From Terriglobales bacterium (GTDB taxonomy: Bacteria; Acidobacteriota; Terriglobia; Terriglobales; Acidobacteriaceae): a DNA stretch of 64,000 bases. Shown in pieces: positions 17,494 to 26,832 of this stretch (positions are counted from its first letter, which is position 1; every line of letters starts with the position of its first letter). Position numbers and translations under genes: made by a program. The stretch is from assembly GCA_963706465.1 (NCBI GenBank), contig CAVPMC010000008.1:30403-94402 (forward strand), read 5' to 3'. A model generated the notes under the pieces. That model made no database searches. It was not told where the DNA came from and worked only from the letters and a program-made list of their open reading frames with translations.

Positions 17494-18936
17494 TTAATAC
17501 AGAGTGCAGGCGAATCCGCGTTTGACAACCAGCGGGTCCAAAGCGTTTGCGGTGAATCCTCCGAGCGTTAGGACAGTATTCCCGGCGGCATTGGCGGGTA
17601 GTTCAACCGTGCCAGTGATGTGCAACGGTAGAATCGTCCCAACAGCTGCGGTGATGGTCGCTGAAAGAATGTTAGTCGCGGTCGTGGTAATGATATTGCC
17701 CGATGATCCTGACGTAACCGTGGTGGGCGAAAGATACGCAGTACCTTGCGCAACCAAGTTCGTCGGTTGGGTCGTGGCTCCCTGAATTGTGAAGGTCACG
17801 CCCCCGTTCGCATTACTCTGCGTAAATGAGCCGTCACACGTGAAACTGTAGTTTTGCGCTGTGGTCATCGCTGGAAGTGTCCAACTGGCTACTGTGGTTG
17901 CGGTTGCAGTAGTAGTTGCCGTAATGGACAAGTCTGCTACCGTGGTCTGCTGCAAGCTGCCAATTACGTGGGTCAGTCCGCAGAACAGGCTTGGAACGGT
18001 ACCGCTCGTTGTGTGGCGGCTTCGGCACCCGCCGGAGCCGTTCGTGTCTACAATCCACATTGAAACAAATGGATCTGTACTTCCAGCCCCGGTATAGTCA
18101 TCCGCAATCGAATAGAACGCAGCCGTGTTCTTTTTATATCCGAGAAGCGTGTAGTCCCCAGTGAATGCTGAACCGTTGCCGTTGATCTGTGTCGGAAAAT
18201 TCCCGCTGATGCCGAGTGCCGCCGGTGGCGCAGAGCAAGCAATCACAGACCCAGACGGGTGGCCGTACTTCACATTCGCTACGGTCATCGAGGTCGAAGT
18301 CGTAGCCGTGATGGTTGAGGCTTCCCCGCCAAGAGTGTTACCACCATTGATGCTACATGGATCCCCTGGACTACAAAACGTATTCGCGCCTAGGCAAAGG
18401 GTGTTGGGCATGTGCGGCGCGGTACACACGTCTAGAATCACACTGTTTTCTAACGTAGAGCATTGCGTCGACGGATTCAAGCCGGAGACGGAGACTACCT
18501 TGTTTGCGCCGGCAGTGATCGCTCCGTTCAGCGTTCCGGACGATTGGTAAGGGCCGTCATAGCTGCCTATGATATTGGTCGAGGGGCAAGGAGGACTTAC
18601 GCAGCTGCCATTCAGATAGACTGCACTACCTGTGGCCTGCCCACCATTGCCGGTGAGGATGTTGCTTTGTGATGGGTAATTCTGGCCAAGAATCTCAGCA
18701 AATTGGACATTTTCCGAGTGACCGTTTGTGATGTCTGTATTTGTCGGGATGTCAACGAACAGCCCGGCGATCGGAGACAGGTTAGAGCAGCCGCCAAAAT
18801 TCACCGTCCAACCGTCCCAGTGCCGTGGTCCGATGTCACCGAAGACTGTTCCCGCCTGTCCAGGCTGACAATAGTTATTTGCGTCGCCACCAGAGATCAT
18901 TTCAACATCGGCGAATTCCTGTGCATTTTGGTTCAC
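17494..18936 (-). CDS. C-terminal part of a large secreted Gly/Thr/Ser/Asn/Cys-rich protein (probably one gene with 18933-19862)
   Basis: 480-aa ORF with a GTG start that overlaps the upstream stop (GTGA). It has no signal peptide of its own. Its composition and Cys content look extracellular. The T-rich C-terminal region resembles fibre or adhesin domains. Confidence 0.55.
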   Translation of the reverse strand: MNQNAQEFADVEMISGGDANNYCQPGQAGTVFGDIGPRHWDGWTVNFGGCSNLSPIAGLFVDIPTNTDITNGHSENVQFAEILGQNYPSQSNILTGNGGQATGSAVYLNGSCVSPPCPSTNIIGSYDGPYQSSGTLNGAITAGANKVVSVSGLNPSTQCSTLENSVILDVCTAPHMPNTLCLGANTFCSPGDPCSINGGNTLGGEASTITATTSTSMTVANVKYGHPSGSVIACSAPPAALGISGNFPTQINGNGSAFTGDYTLLGYKKNTAAFYSIADDYTGAGSTDPFVSMWIVDTNGSGGCRSRHTTSGTVPSLFCGLTHVIGSLQQTTVADLSITATTTATATTVASWTLPAMTTAQNYSFTCDGSFTQSNANGGVTFTIQGATTQPTNLVAQGTAYLSPTTVTSGSSGNIITTTATNILSATITAAVGTILPLHITGTVELPANAAGNTVLTLGGFTANALDPLVVKRGFACTLY

Positions 18937-19862
18937 CGTGCCATGGACATCGGCAGCCCAAAGAGAACCGCGGTCGAGCCGAAAGTCCCGCCGCTAATTG
19001 ATACTGTCTGGCCACTGCTGAGCTGGCCAGATGCGAGATAGTCTGCCAGCGTGGCCGTTCCCAGAGTTCCGTTCCCGACGATGTCCACATTGCCCGACGT
19101 GTTTGTGTTTGAACTGTTCGCGGTGACGGTGACGGCCATATAGTTCCGTCCCCCAGCGGTCGAAGCCGTAATGCCGGAGATACTCCAATTACGCTGTACG
19201 GGGGCTTTGCAGCCAGACGCTGGTGCATTATTACCTGTACAAAGCTCGATGTTGGTATTCAGTAGGCCAGCGTCGCCTCGTCCGATTCCTTCTAGCCCTC
19301 TCACTTTGTTGGGAATCAGAATTACTGCTCCCGGCGGAAATTGAGGACCGGTAGCGCACACTATCCCTGCCCCGGGAGCACACGCACCAAGCTCGGAGGG
19401 CACCAAACTGACTTGTAGGGTATAGCCTCCAAGATGGACCGTCCCACCTTTGATGGCATTGCCCGAAGTCCCTGTTGTGACCATTGCTGTGGCCGTATTC
19501 TTCATAAAGTTGGAATCGAGTACACCACAACCAGGATTGGTCGCTCCAGAGAAGGTGACGTTATTGCCGATGCCCCTCGCGTCGATATCGGTGCCGCCGA
19601 TGGCGCTGAGGGCGGTCGGAACGGCGGCGATGGCGTTGATGATCTGCGTGCAAGGGGTCGCGGCGGGAAATTGAGTAGCATCGATAAAAATCGGGCTCGA
19701 TGCAAGGACGTTAGTGCTGTTTCCTTCAACCGGCTGGCCTTGCGGGTAACCCTGCGCGTGCGTCAAGGTGCTCACAGCGATCAGTAGCACTGTAAGAAAA
19801 AACCAAGTCAGAAGCCGCGTCCCGACAATAGTCAAGCAAAGAAGAACTATTACTTTTTTCAT
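18933..19862 (-). CDS. N-terminal part of the large secreted protein (signal peptide plus putative beta-helix-like region)
   Basis: MKKVIVLLCLTIVGT... hydrophobic N-terminus. IFIDATQFPAATPCTQIINAIAAVP...GGTDIDARGI is reminiscent of pectate-lyase-fold or tailspike N-termini. The downstream frame is open from 18993, so a single indel in 18936-18993 would fuse both ORFs. Confidence 0.55.
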   Translation of the reverse strand: MKKVIVLLCLTIVGTRLLTWFFLTVLLIAVSTLTHAQGYPQGQPVEGNSTNVLASSPIFIDATQFPAATPCTQIINAIAAVPTALSAIGGTDIDARGIGNNVTFSGATNPGCGVLDSNFMKNTATAMVTTGTSGNAIKGGTVHLGGYTLQVSLVPSELGACAPGAGIVCATGPQFPPGAVILIPNKVRGLEGIGRGDAGLLNTNIELCTGNNAPASGCKAPVQRNWSISGITASTAGGRNYMAVTVTANSSNTNTSGNVDIVGNGTLGTATLADYLASGQLSSGQTVSISGGTFGSTAVLFGLPMSMAR

Positions 19863-20223
19863 CTTAAATTGTCCTCCGCGCGAGTCTCGCTATCCCTTGT
19901 GCAGTAAACGTCCAAGTTAGCAGGGCACGCATCCTGACTTTAAACACGGCTTGAACAGCGGGAAAACCAGAAACAAGCAAACCTCGTTACGAAAGTGCTT
20001 CGTAAGACTGTTGACGCCACACATATAGGCGCTGGAACCGTTGCGTCATCGTGTGCGGTCCGGGGTTCAGGATACGTAGCGGAATGGAGCAAAGCCGGCG
20101 GCGGAAGGGCACGCGGCTATGGCCCATTTTTGCGGGGAATTCTCCCATCGGCGAACCGAATGCCTCTTTACCGTGCTTATAGGAGGTGGTAGAGTGTCGT
20201 AAGGCCGCGTAAGGAGGACTGCC

Positions 20224-21486
20224 ATGACGTGCTCGGAACAACATCAGGGCGGAGCTTTAAAGGTACGTGTGCCGATAGGCTATGCCTGTATCTCTTTTCT
20301 GATTTTTCTGACTTTTCTGATCCCAGTGGTCTACGCAGCACCTCCGTCGTCCCAGGGGACCTTCACCGCCCTATATACATTTACTGGAATGGGTGACCTG
20401 GGCTTGCCTGACACATCCCTACTGAGGGACTCAGCAGGTAATCTCTACGGAACCACGGGGATGAATTCGATCTTTAAGCTTAGTCTTTCTGGCCAACTGA
20501 CTACCCTACACTTCTTTCACGGTTTTCGTCCCCCAACCGAACTGAACGGCTTGTTTATGACTCCGAAAGGCATTTTCTACGACACCAGCAATAGGGGAGG
20601 ACAGTACGAGGACGGGACAGTGCTTAGGATTTCCCCGGTCGGGAAGTCTTCGCAGCTATGGCAGTTCTCTGGGGTCCAAGACGGAGCGAATCCGTCTGGC
20701 AGTTTGATCCGTGACGCCAATGGGTTCTTTTATGGCGTCACCGCTAACGGCGGTGCAGGCAATTGCAACCAGACAGGATGCGCAGGGACGGTGTTCAAGT
20801 TCGATCCGAAAACAAAGGTTGAGCAGGTCCTGTACACGTTCACCGGTAAGAATGACGGGAACGCTCCGAGCGGTTCTCTCATTCGAGATGCCACAGGCAA
20901 CCTTTATGGGACCACTGCCGAGGGCGGCCAATTCGGTTGGGGAACGGTTTTCAAGCTAGATAAAACCGGCAAAGAAACCGTACTTTATGCGTTCATGGGT
21001 GGAGCGGACGGGAGCACGCCCAAGGCAGGAGTGATTCGAGACTCTGCAGGCAACTTCTATGGCACCACAGTATTTGGTGGCGACTTGAGCTGCGACAACG
21101 GCAACGGCTGCGGAGTGGTCTTCAAACTGAGCACAGCCGGTAAAGAGACAGTTCTACACGCATTCAAAGGTGGAGCAAACGACGGGGCTGCTCCTCTTGC
21201 AGGTTTGGTTCGAGACACATCCGGCAACCTCTACGGCACTACCGTCGAGGGGGGCGGACTCTCTTGCGCAGATGGTGATCCAGGGTGCGGCCTGGTCTTC
21301 AGAATCAGCGCTACGAAGGTCTTCACCGTATTGCATAAGTTCACGGGCGGAGCCGACGGGCTGGGGCCAGTCGCAGGCGTAATCTTGGATTCAGCCGATA
21401 ACATTTATGGTACTGCCGTAGAGGGAGCGGGGACCGGCTGTGGCGGCCTCGGGTGTGGTGTAGTGTTTAAAATTACCCCTCAGTGA
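20224..21486 (+). CDS. GloVer-type tandem-repeat (beta-propeller-like) secreted protein
   Basis: About eight repeats of the unit G(G)ADG..P.AGLIRD..GNLYGTT..GG....G(T)VFKL...G.ETVLY.F, preceded by an N-terminal hydrophobic segment. Confidence 0.7.
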   Translation: MTCSEQHQGGALKVRVPIGYACISFLIFLTFLIPVVYAAPPSSQGTFTALYTFTGMGDLGLPDTSLLRDSAGNLYGTTGMNSIFKLSLSGQLTTLHFFHGFRPPTELNGLFMTPKGIFYDTSNRGGQYEDGTVLRISPVGKSSQLWQFSGVQDGANPSGSLIRDANGFFYGVTANGGAGNCNQTGCAGTVFKFDPKTKVEQVLYTFTGKNDGNAPSGSLIRDATGNLYGTTAEGGQFGWGTVFKLDKTGKETVLYAFMGGADGSTPKAGVIRDSAGNFYGTTVFGGDLSCDNGNGCGVVFKLSTAGKETVLHAFKGGANDGAAPLAGLVRDTSGNLYGTTVEGGGLSCADGDPGCGLVFRISATKVFTVLHKFTGGADGLGPVAGVILDSADNIYGTAVEGAGTGCGGLGCGVVFKITPQ

Positions 21487-21830
21487 CCCGACTTGGCCAT
21501 CCCTATCTGAAGGAAGCCAAGGCGGAGTACGCTAAGCTGCAGTAGCAGAAAAGTTCCGCTCCGTCGCTTATTTTCTAGTGCTAACTGTTGTAACCAGGGG
21601 ATTACACTCAGAACCCGGAAAAGTGCGTGTTCATCTTCCTTGTCCAGCGTGCCGTTTCTTCAGATGGCGAGCTAACGTGTTCGCTCAGACCTCGACACTC
21701 GCGCCTCCGGTCTCCTGAACAGGTGCGTTGCTCGAACGCCTAGAGTTCAGCAACAACAAATTCCACTTAATTTGTTGGATCTTGCGCTGGTTCCTCATGT
21801 CTCCCTAGCATCGGGAGGAGGGAGCGAATC

Positions 21831-22364
21831 ATGGCGGAAGTAAGGCCCGCAACCGCAGTTGGCAGTTCGACACATCGCGTGTTCGTATACAACCCCGCCA
21901 ATCCGAGGAAGAAGAAGCCCTGGACCTATGAGCAGGCCACCGTACGGAAGGATCAGGCGGAGCGATTCGTGCGCGATGTGCTGGAAGATGACGACCGCGC
22001 TGACGAAATTGCCGAAACGTCAGTCGAGGACTACGCGGCGGAACGCGGTAAGGAACTAGCCGCAAATCCAACAAGGAGAAGAAAGTTTATGCAAAAGAAA
22101 GTCAGCAACCAAACACAGCAGCAGGCAGCGCGTGACAACCCTGTCGCCAAGGCTCTCGAAACCACAACCCGGATGGCGAACGAGCAGGCAGACTTGTACC
22201 AGAGAAACCGCGAACTGGGAAAGGCAAACGAGACTCTCCAGGACAAGATCGATCAGATCACGGACATCGTGCAATGTGACGACCCGGATTGCAGCGCTGA
22301 AGATCATCTCGAAGACATCGCGGACATTGTTGCCAAAGGCGATGACGATGCGGGGGAAGACTAG
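21831..22364 (+). CDS. Hypothetical acidic coiled-coil protein
   Basis: The ATG is preceded by GGGAGGAGGGA. 177 aa with a basic N-terminus (PANPRKKKPW) and an acidic C-terminus (DDPDCSAEDHLEDIADIVAKGDDDAGED). Confidence 0.5.
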   Translation: MAEVRPATAVGSSTHRVFVYNPANPRKKKPWTYEQATVRKDQAERFVRDVLEDDDRADEIAETSVEDYAAERGKELAANPTRRRKFMQKKVSNQTQQQAARDNPVAKALETTTRMANEQADLYQRNRELGKANETLQDKIDQITDIVQCDDPDCSAEDHLEDIADIVAKGDDDAGED

Positions 22365-22612
22365 AGCGGCGCGGCGATTGTGGGCGGCGGTGGCGAAAGC
22401 CCGCCTCTGCCATCAGCGAATCGCGCCGCCCGGTATCGCGCGGCCCATCCCAATTGCCGACTGCCTAGCCCCGTGGTGTGCGCCTTCTGCGGAAAGCACT
22501 CGCAATGTCGAGCCACACCACCTCGACGGCGTCGGCGATCCGGCTTTGCGCAAGAAATCTGGCGACGCCTGGCCGCCCGTGAGCTAACCCTTCCGCGTTC
22601 TTAGGTGGACAA

Positions 22613-23893
22613 ATGAAGCAAAATCACTCACACCGAAGCCGGAGAACTCGCACAAAAGCGCAGGCAAATCGACGGCAAACGATACAAGATCGAGCGGCAA
22701 ATGACGCGGCAAATGTAAACAGGACCGGGGCCTTGGCTGCGGTCCCTGTGGCGGAGGCCGCTCGATTGTTAGCAGTTGATGCGAGAACAATCAGGCGCAT
22801 GTGCGCCGAAGGGAGGCTGCAATCCTTTGTCACGCCAGGAGGTCATCGGCGTGTCGCCCTTGCGGATATCGAAGCAATCCGAAACGGCAATGCAGATCTG
22901 AAGCGATCCTCTGTCAGTCACTTTCCTTCACCCACCCTGCAGCAAAAGAGAGAACGCATCGAAGAACTGAGCTTAACGATCCAAGAGAAAAAAGCGAAGA
23001 TGGCTCTCCGGGAACTTGAGGACGCAGAGAGCAGGAGAGTGGAGGAGCAAGAGGCCGAGCAACAGGCGCAACAGCAGGAAGCCAGAAGGATGCGGCTCGA
23101 AGCTGAGGCTGGAAGGGCACGCCGGGATCGAGAACGCGAACAAGCTCATGCCGAGGCCCGCGCCGCGCAAGCACACCAAGAATGGACGGCGCAATGGCTC
23201 AGGAATATGCTGCGCGAGTTGCCGAGAAATATACCACCGGGATTGAGACTTGAAGTTGCCGAAATTATCCGGCAGGAACTTTCCGATCTCTACGAAACAA
23301 GCGCCGATCATGCCGAGGATATCGTGGAAACGACTCTTCGTGCTGCCGTCGAGAAAACACTCCGCCCTTGGAGGCGGAGCAAGGAAGCGGAGAAGGCCGC
23401 GGACGAAGCTCTAAACCAACTGCCTCTCTTTGCGAAAGGCTCGTGGGGAGAGGTCAGCGAGTGGGAGGTCCGCGGTAAGGCAGAGGCGCTCACCGCTATC
23501 ACGGCACTACCGGAAACAACGACGTTCCAGCAGATGATCGCGGCTGCGCGAGCCGCTGGCAAACGCGTGGCCGAGGAATACCAGCATAACGAGGCTCGGG
23601 CAAGGGCCGCGCGCGAAGCTGAGCAAGCCAAGGCCAGGCTTGAGGCGGAAGCCGACACCCATCTGTACCGCGTTCTCGCCTATCTCCTAGAACTGCAAGC
23701 AGACCCAAACGGTTGGGATTTCGAAGGTAAAATTTACGAATACGCTAGGCAAATAAAACAGGAAATCAAGGCCGCCTTGCTTAATGAGCTTCCTCTTGAC
23801 TTCACCGCAGCGCGGCAGCGTGTCGAGCAACTCGTGGACGCGTGGCTTGCGAATGACTGGAACTCTCGGGACACCTCGGTACCGCGCGTGTAG
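22613..23893 (+). CDS. Excisionase-family HTH protein with long coiled-coil and helical C-terminal domain
   Basis: VPVAEAARLLAVDARTIRRMCAEGRLQSFVTPGGHRRVALADIEAI matches the excisionase/MerR-type HTH. It is followed by an E/R/A/Q-rich stretch of ~100 aa. Confidence 0.6.
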   Translation: MKQNHSHRSRRTRTKAQANRRQTIQDRAANDAANVNRTGALAAVPVAEAARLLAVDARTIRRMCAEGRLQSFVTPGGHRRVALADIEAIRNGNADLKRSSVSHFPSPTLQQKRERIEELSLTIQEKKAKMALRELEDAESRRVEEQEAEQQAQQQEARRMRLEAEAGRARRDREREQAHAEARAAQAHQEWTAQWLRNMLRELPRNIPPGLRLEVAEIIRQELSDLYETSADHAEDIVETTLRAAVEKTLRPWRRSKEAEKAADEALNQLPLFAKGSWGEVSEWEVRGKAEALTAITALPETTTFQQMIAAARAAGKRVAEEYQHNEARARAAREAEQAKARLEAEADTHLYRVLAYLLELQADPNGWDFEGKIYEYARQIKQEIKAALLNELPLDFTAARQRVEQLVDAWLANDWNSRDTSVPRV

Positions 23894-23996
23894 CTCGACA
23901 GTCTCTCTCTCGGCTGTTCTCACGCCTTTAACTGGCGAGATCGGCGCGCCTTGTCGCACGAACTGAAGAGGTGAAGCAGGCATAAAGACCCCTTCG

Positions 23997-24632
23997 TCAG
24001 GTTCTTCTCCGACCCACACGCTCGCGCACATGCTTCGAGATGAAGTCTATTTCCCGTTGTGTCAGGCCCGTGATCCGTGAGCCAATGGCCGAGACCTTTC
24101 GCACCTTACCTGGATGTGCTTCGCGGAATTGAGCCGATTTGAAGGAGTCGAAGTACCGCTCGACGATTCCGATTAGATATTGCCGTTCATGCCTCTGCTG
24201 AAATGATCGTATACGCTCGGCGATTGTTCTTGGCTCGCGCCAAACCCCACCAGCTTCGCGGATTGCCCCGTTTACGAATGGGATGGGCGAGAACAAGCTG
24301 GCGACCCAAAACAATTCGGTCTCCCGTTCTCTCTCGCGTCGGAGTAAATCAGACTGCCTCACCGCAGAAATCTGGAAAGCGAGATAACCCAAACATTCGT
24401 AGCACTCTACGCCAACAGGCCAAAGCACCGACACACCGCCAGGCCGAAGGTCTTGATCGGCGTATGCTTTGGCCAAACGTTTCTCAAGGGAGCAAATAGT
24501 CCGCCTGAGTTTTCTGGCTCGTATCCCAGAAATTCCGCTGCCAGCTAATCCGCCCTTTTGCGCGATGTCGTTGTGCGCGATGCACTTCACCAAGTAATCC
24601 AGAAACTTCTGTGCTGGGAATCTTTGTGACAT
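23997..24632 (-). CDS. Hypothetical protein, divergent from the XRE regulator
   Basis: 211-aa ORF. The only hint of function is a C-terminal LTQREIDFISKHVRER segment that looks HTH-like. It lies 45 bp from the divergent 24678 ORF. Confidence 0.4.
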   Translation of the reverse strand: MSQRFPAQKFLDYLVKCIAHNDIAQKGGLAGSGISGIRARKLRRTICSLEKRLAKAYADQDLRPGGVSVLWPVGVECYECLGYLAFQISAVRQSDLLRRERERETELFWVASLFSPIPFVNGAIREAGGVWREPRTIAERIRSFQQRHERQYLIGIVERYFDSFKSAQFREAHPGKVRKVSAIGSRITGLTQREIDFISKHVRERVGRRRT

Positions 24633-24677
24633 TTGTCAAGCCATTTCTCCTGCCAATTTTTGGCCGCCTTATGAGCT

Positions 24678-24992
24678 TTGATTATTCCACGTCACGTAAG
24701 AAGATTTCGAACTGAAGATATCTATTTTTTGCGGGGTGAAAACTTGAACTCGCTGAAGCTAAGAATCGAACTGCTGAAGCGCGGCCTGACGCAGGGGGAT
24801 TTGGCGCGTGCAATAGGGAGAAGCCCCGCGCACGTGTGCCGGATCATTCGTGGGCTGGCTCGTGCGCGAGCGCGAGATCGCAAACGCATTGCAGCCTTTC
24901 TCGGAATGCAAGAAGGCGAGCTATTTTCTCTGCACCACCGACGCAAGATCGCGCCCACAACCTCAGCTCAAACGCGGGGAGGGAAACTATGA
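24678..24992 (+). CDS. XRE/Cro-type HTH regulator
   Basis: LKLRIELLKRGLTQGDLARAIGRSPAHVCRIIRG is a Cro/C1 HTH. The true start may be TTG 24744. Confidence 0.6.
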   Translation: MIIPRHVRRFRTEDIYFLRGENLNSLKLRIELLKRGLTQGDLARAIGRSPAHVCRIIRGLARARARDRKRIAAFLGMQEGELFSLHHRRKIAPTTSAQTRGGKL

Positions 24993-25373
24993 AAAGCGCT
25001 GACGCGGCGCTACCGCCGACAGAGGCTGCCGAGCGCGCGCCACCGAGAAAATGGCTACGTGTTCACGCGAATGAGCACGCAGCCATTCGGGGTGTTCCCC
25101 GGTAAATCGTTTGCACTTTCTAGCCTACCCCGGAACACCACAAATCCACTCACAATCGACATGGGCTGGCATCTCGGCGCACACAGTCGAGGCAACGTGG
25201 CGAATGACAAACCTCACGTCCTCGGACCTTACACGGGCACGAGATGCCTGGCCCTCCCCAAAGCCGTGCGCCAGGCTGCCCGGTTTGGGATTCAAAGAGT
25301 TTGTCCAGGAGGTCCGGGAGGGCTGGCCCTCCTGGCCTGTGCGTAGCGAAGCGAAGCACAGGAGGGAGTAACA

Positions 25374-26369
25374 GTGCCTACACGAAAAAGCGGAAAACAT
25401 GATTTGCGGCGCGACGTAGATAGTCTTCCCGTCCAGTGCGTCTCGCGATCTGTTAACAGCGCCGTGGGAGAGTCTGGGGGGGTGGGGACAAGGGCGACGC
25501 AGTCGCCTGAAGCCACATCTGGTTTCAACAACACTAAGCACAAGTGCAACATTAGGCAGCATCGTCCAAAGAAAAAGAACTGCGGCAAGTACACGCTCAT
25601 TGGTTTTGTGGACCAGAGCTATTTCCATCACCGTCTCCGGTGCAAGAGCTACAACTGCGCTCGATGCGGGCCGAGAAAAATCCGGCAGGTCCGCAAGCGC
25701 ATTGTGCAGCGCGCCCTGCAGCACGGTCTTCAGCGTTTCCTCACGCTAACGCTCGATCCTAAGAAGATGAAGGCGGGATTGGACACCAAAGCGAAAATCG
25801 CTTTTCTAAATGCCACCTGGCGCAAGATGAGGGTGTATCTTCAGCGAACACTTGGCAAGTCGCTGGTGTTTGTCGCGGTCGTAGAGCTTCAGGGCAACGG
25901 TAATCCTCATCTCCACCTGCTCGTGGGTTCCTATATTCCGAAGCAATGGATCAGCGCCTCTTGGCAGGCCCTCGGTGGAGGGTGGGCCACGAGAATTGAG
26001 TACGCCGATGTGCACCGAGTAGCGGCGTATCTCGCTACGTATTTCACTGATGAGTCGCTGCGCGATTTGCCGCCTGGAACGCGCCGGTTTTCAACCTCCC
26101 GTGGCCTCGCGCTCTTTGACCGGAAAAAGGGAAAGGGCGCGTGGATTCTAGTGCGAGAGTCCATCGAGTTTTGGCGAGACCATGCGGCGGAGGTCATAGC
26201 CGAACATTACGAAACCGAGGAGGACGGCGTCCGCAGCATCGCTTCGTTTATCGCAGTGCGAGTTCCGAGTTTTCTTGCCGCCCGTCTTCAGTATATTGAC
26301 GCTCCGAAATTAGCAGTCGAAATCCAATCTCGAAAACACGAAAGGCAGGAAAAACATGGCGTTTACTGA
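25374..26369 (+). CDS. HUH-type rolling-circle replication initiator (two-tyrosine class) with N-terminal Cys cluster
   Basis: The GTG start lies 7 nt after GGAGGGA. Motif 1 is RFLTLTLD, motif 2 is NPHLHLLVG and motif 3 is VAAYLATYFTDE (Y-x3-Y). A CKSYNCARCGP cluster lies upstream of motif 1. Confidence 0.65.
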   Translation: MPTRKSGKHDLRRDVDSLPVQCVSRSVNSAVGESGGVGTRATQSPEATSGFNNTKHKCNIRQHRPKKKNCGKYTLIGFVDQSYFHHRLRCKSYNCARCGPRKIRQVRKRIVQRALQHGLQRFLTLTLDPKKMKAGLDTKAKIAFLNATWRKMRVYLQRTLGKSLVFVAVVELQGNGNPHLHLLVGSYIPKQWISASWQALGGGWATRIEYADVHRVAAYLATYFTDESLRDLPPGTRRFSTSRGLALFDRKKGKGAWILVRESIEFWRDHAAEVIAEHYETEEDGVRSIASFIAVRVPSFLAARLQYIDAPKLAVEIQSRKHERQEKHGVY

Positions 26370-26715
26370 AGTCAAAGCACCAGAACAATTGCGATTCGAG
26401 AAACCAGGCGACTGTGTCGAGGGCGTTCTGCTCGCTATCACCTCTCACACGGTCAAAGGCAAGAAAACGATCCAATACACCGTCGTTCGGAAGGATGGCA
26501 GCAAGGTCACTTTCTTGGCAACGTGGGATTTGCTGCAGAAGCTTGACCGGACGATGCTGGGCTATCCCATTTCAGTTCGCTTTGAGAAACTGCACGACTC
26601 TATTGAACGCAATGGAAATCGTGCCAAGGTCTTCAAAGTCCAAGTCGATTGGGACGCGAAGCCAAACGCGCATGCTGACTCGCTTGAGATCACAGATGAG
26701 GACATCCCTTTCTAA
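26356..26715 (+). CDS. Hypothetical small protein overlapping the Rep 3' end
   Basis: 119 aa. The ATG is 14 nt inside the Rep ORF. It looks beta-rich (VEGVLLAITSHTVKGKKTIQYTVVRKDGSKVTFLA). I recognise no family. Confidence 0.45.
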   Translation: MAFTEVKAPEQLRFEKPGDCVEGVLLAITSHTVKGKKTIQYTVVRKDGSKVTFLATWDLLQKLDRTMLGYPISVRFEKLHDSIERNGNRAKVFKVQVDWDAKPNAHADSLEITDEDIPF

Positions 26716-26832
26716 AGGCATGCTCCGTCACGCGTGAATTCTGGGTAACACATTAAGTTGAACTACCACTCAAATGTCGAACCTGCTACAGTCCCCGAAG
26801 GGATAGCCGAGTCAATGAGCCCAGGAGGCTCG

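Noticed and set aside
25125-25724. 199-aa minus-strand ORF overlapping the Rep start
   Set aside because: It has no family resemblance and overlaps the Rep N-terminus, which has a strong RBS. It is probably spurious.
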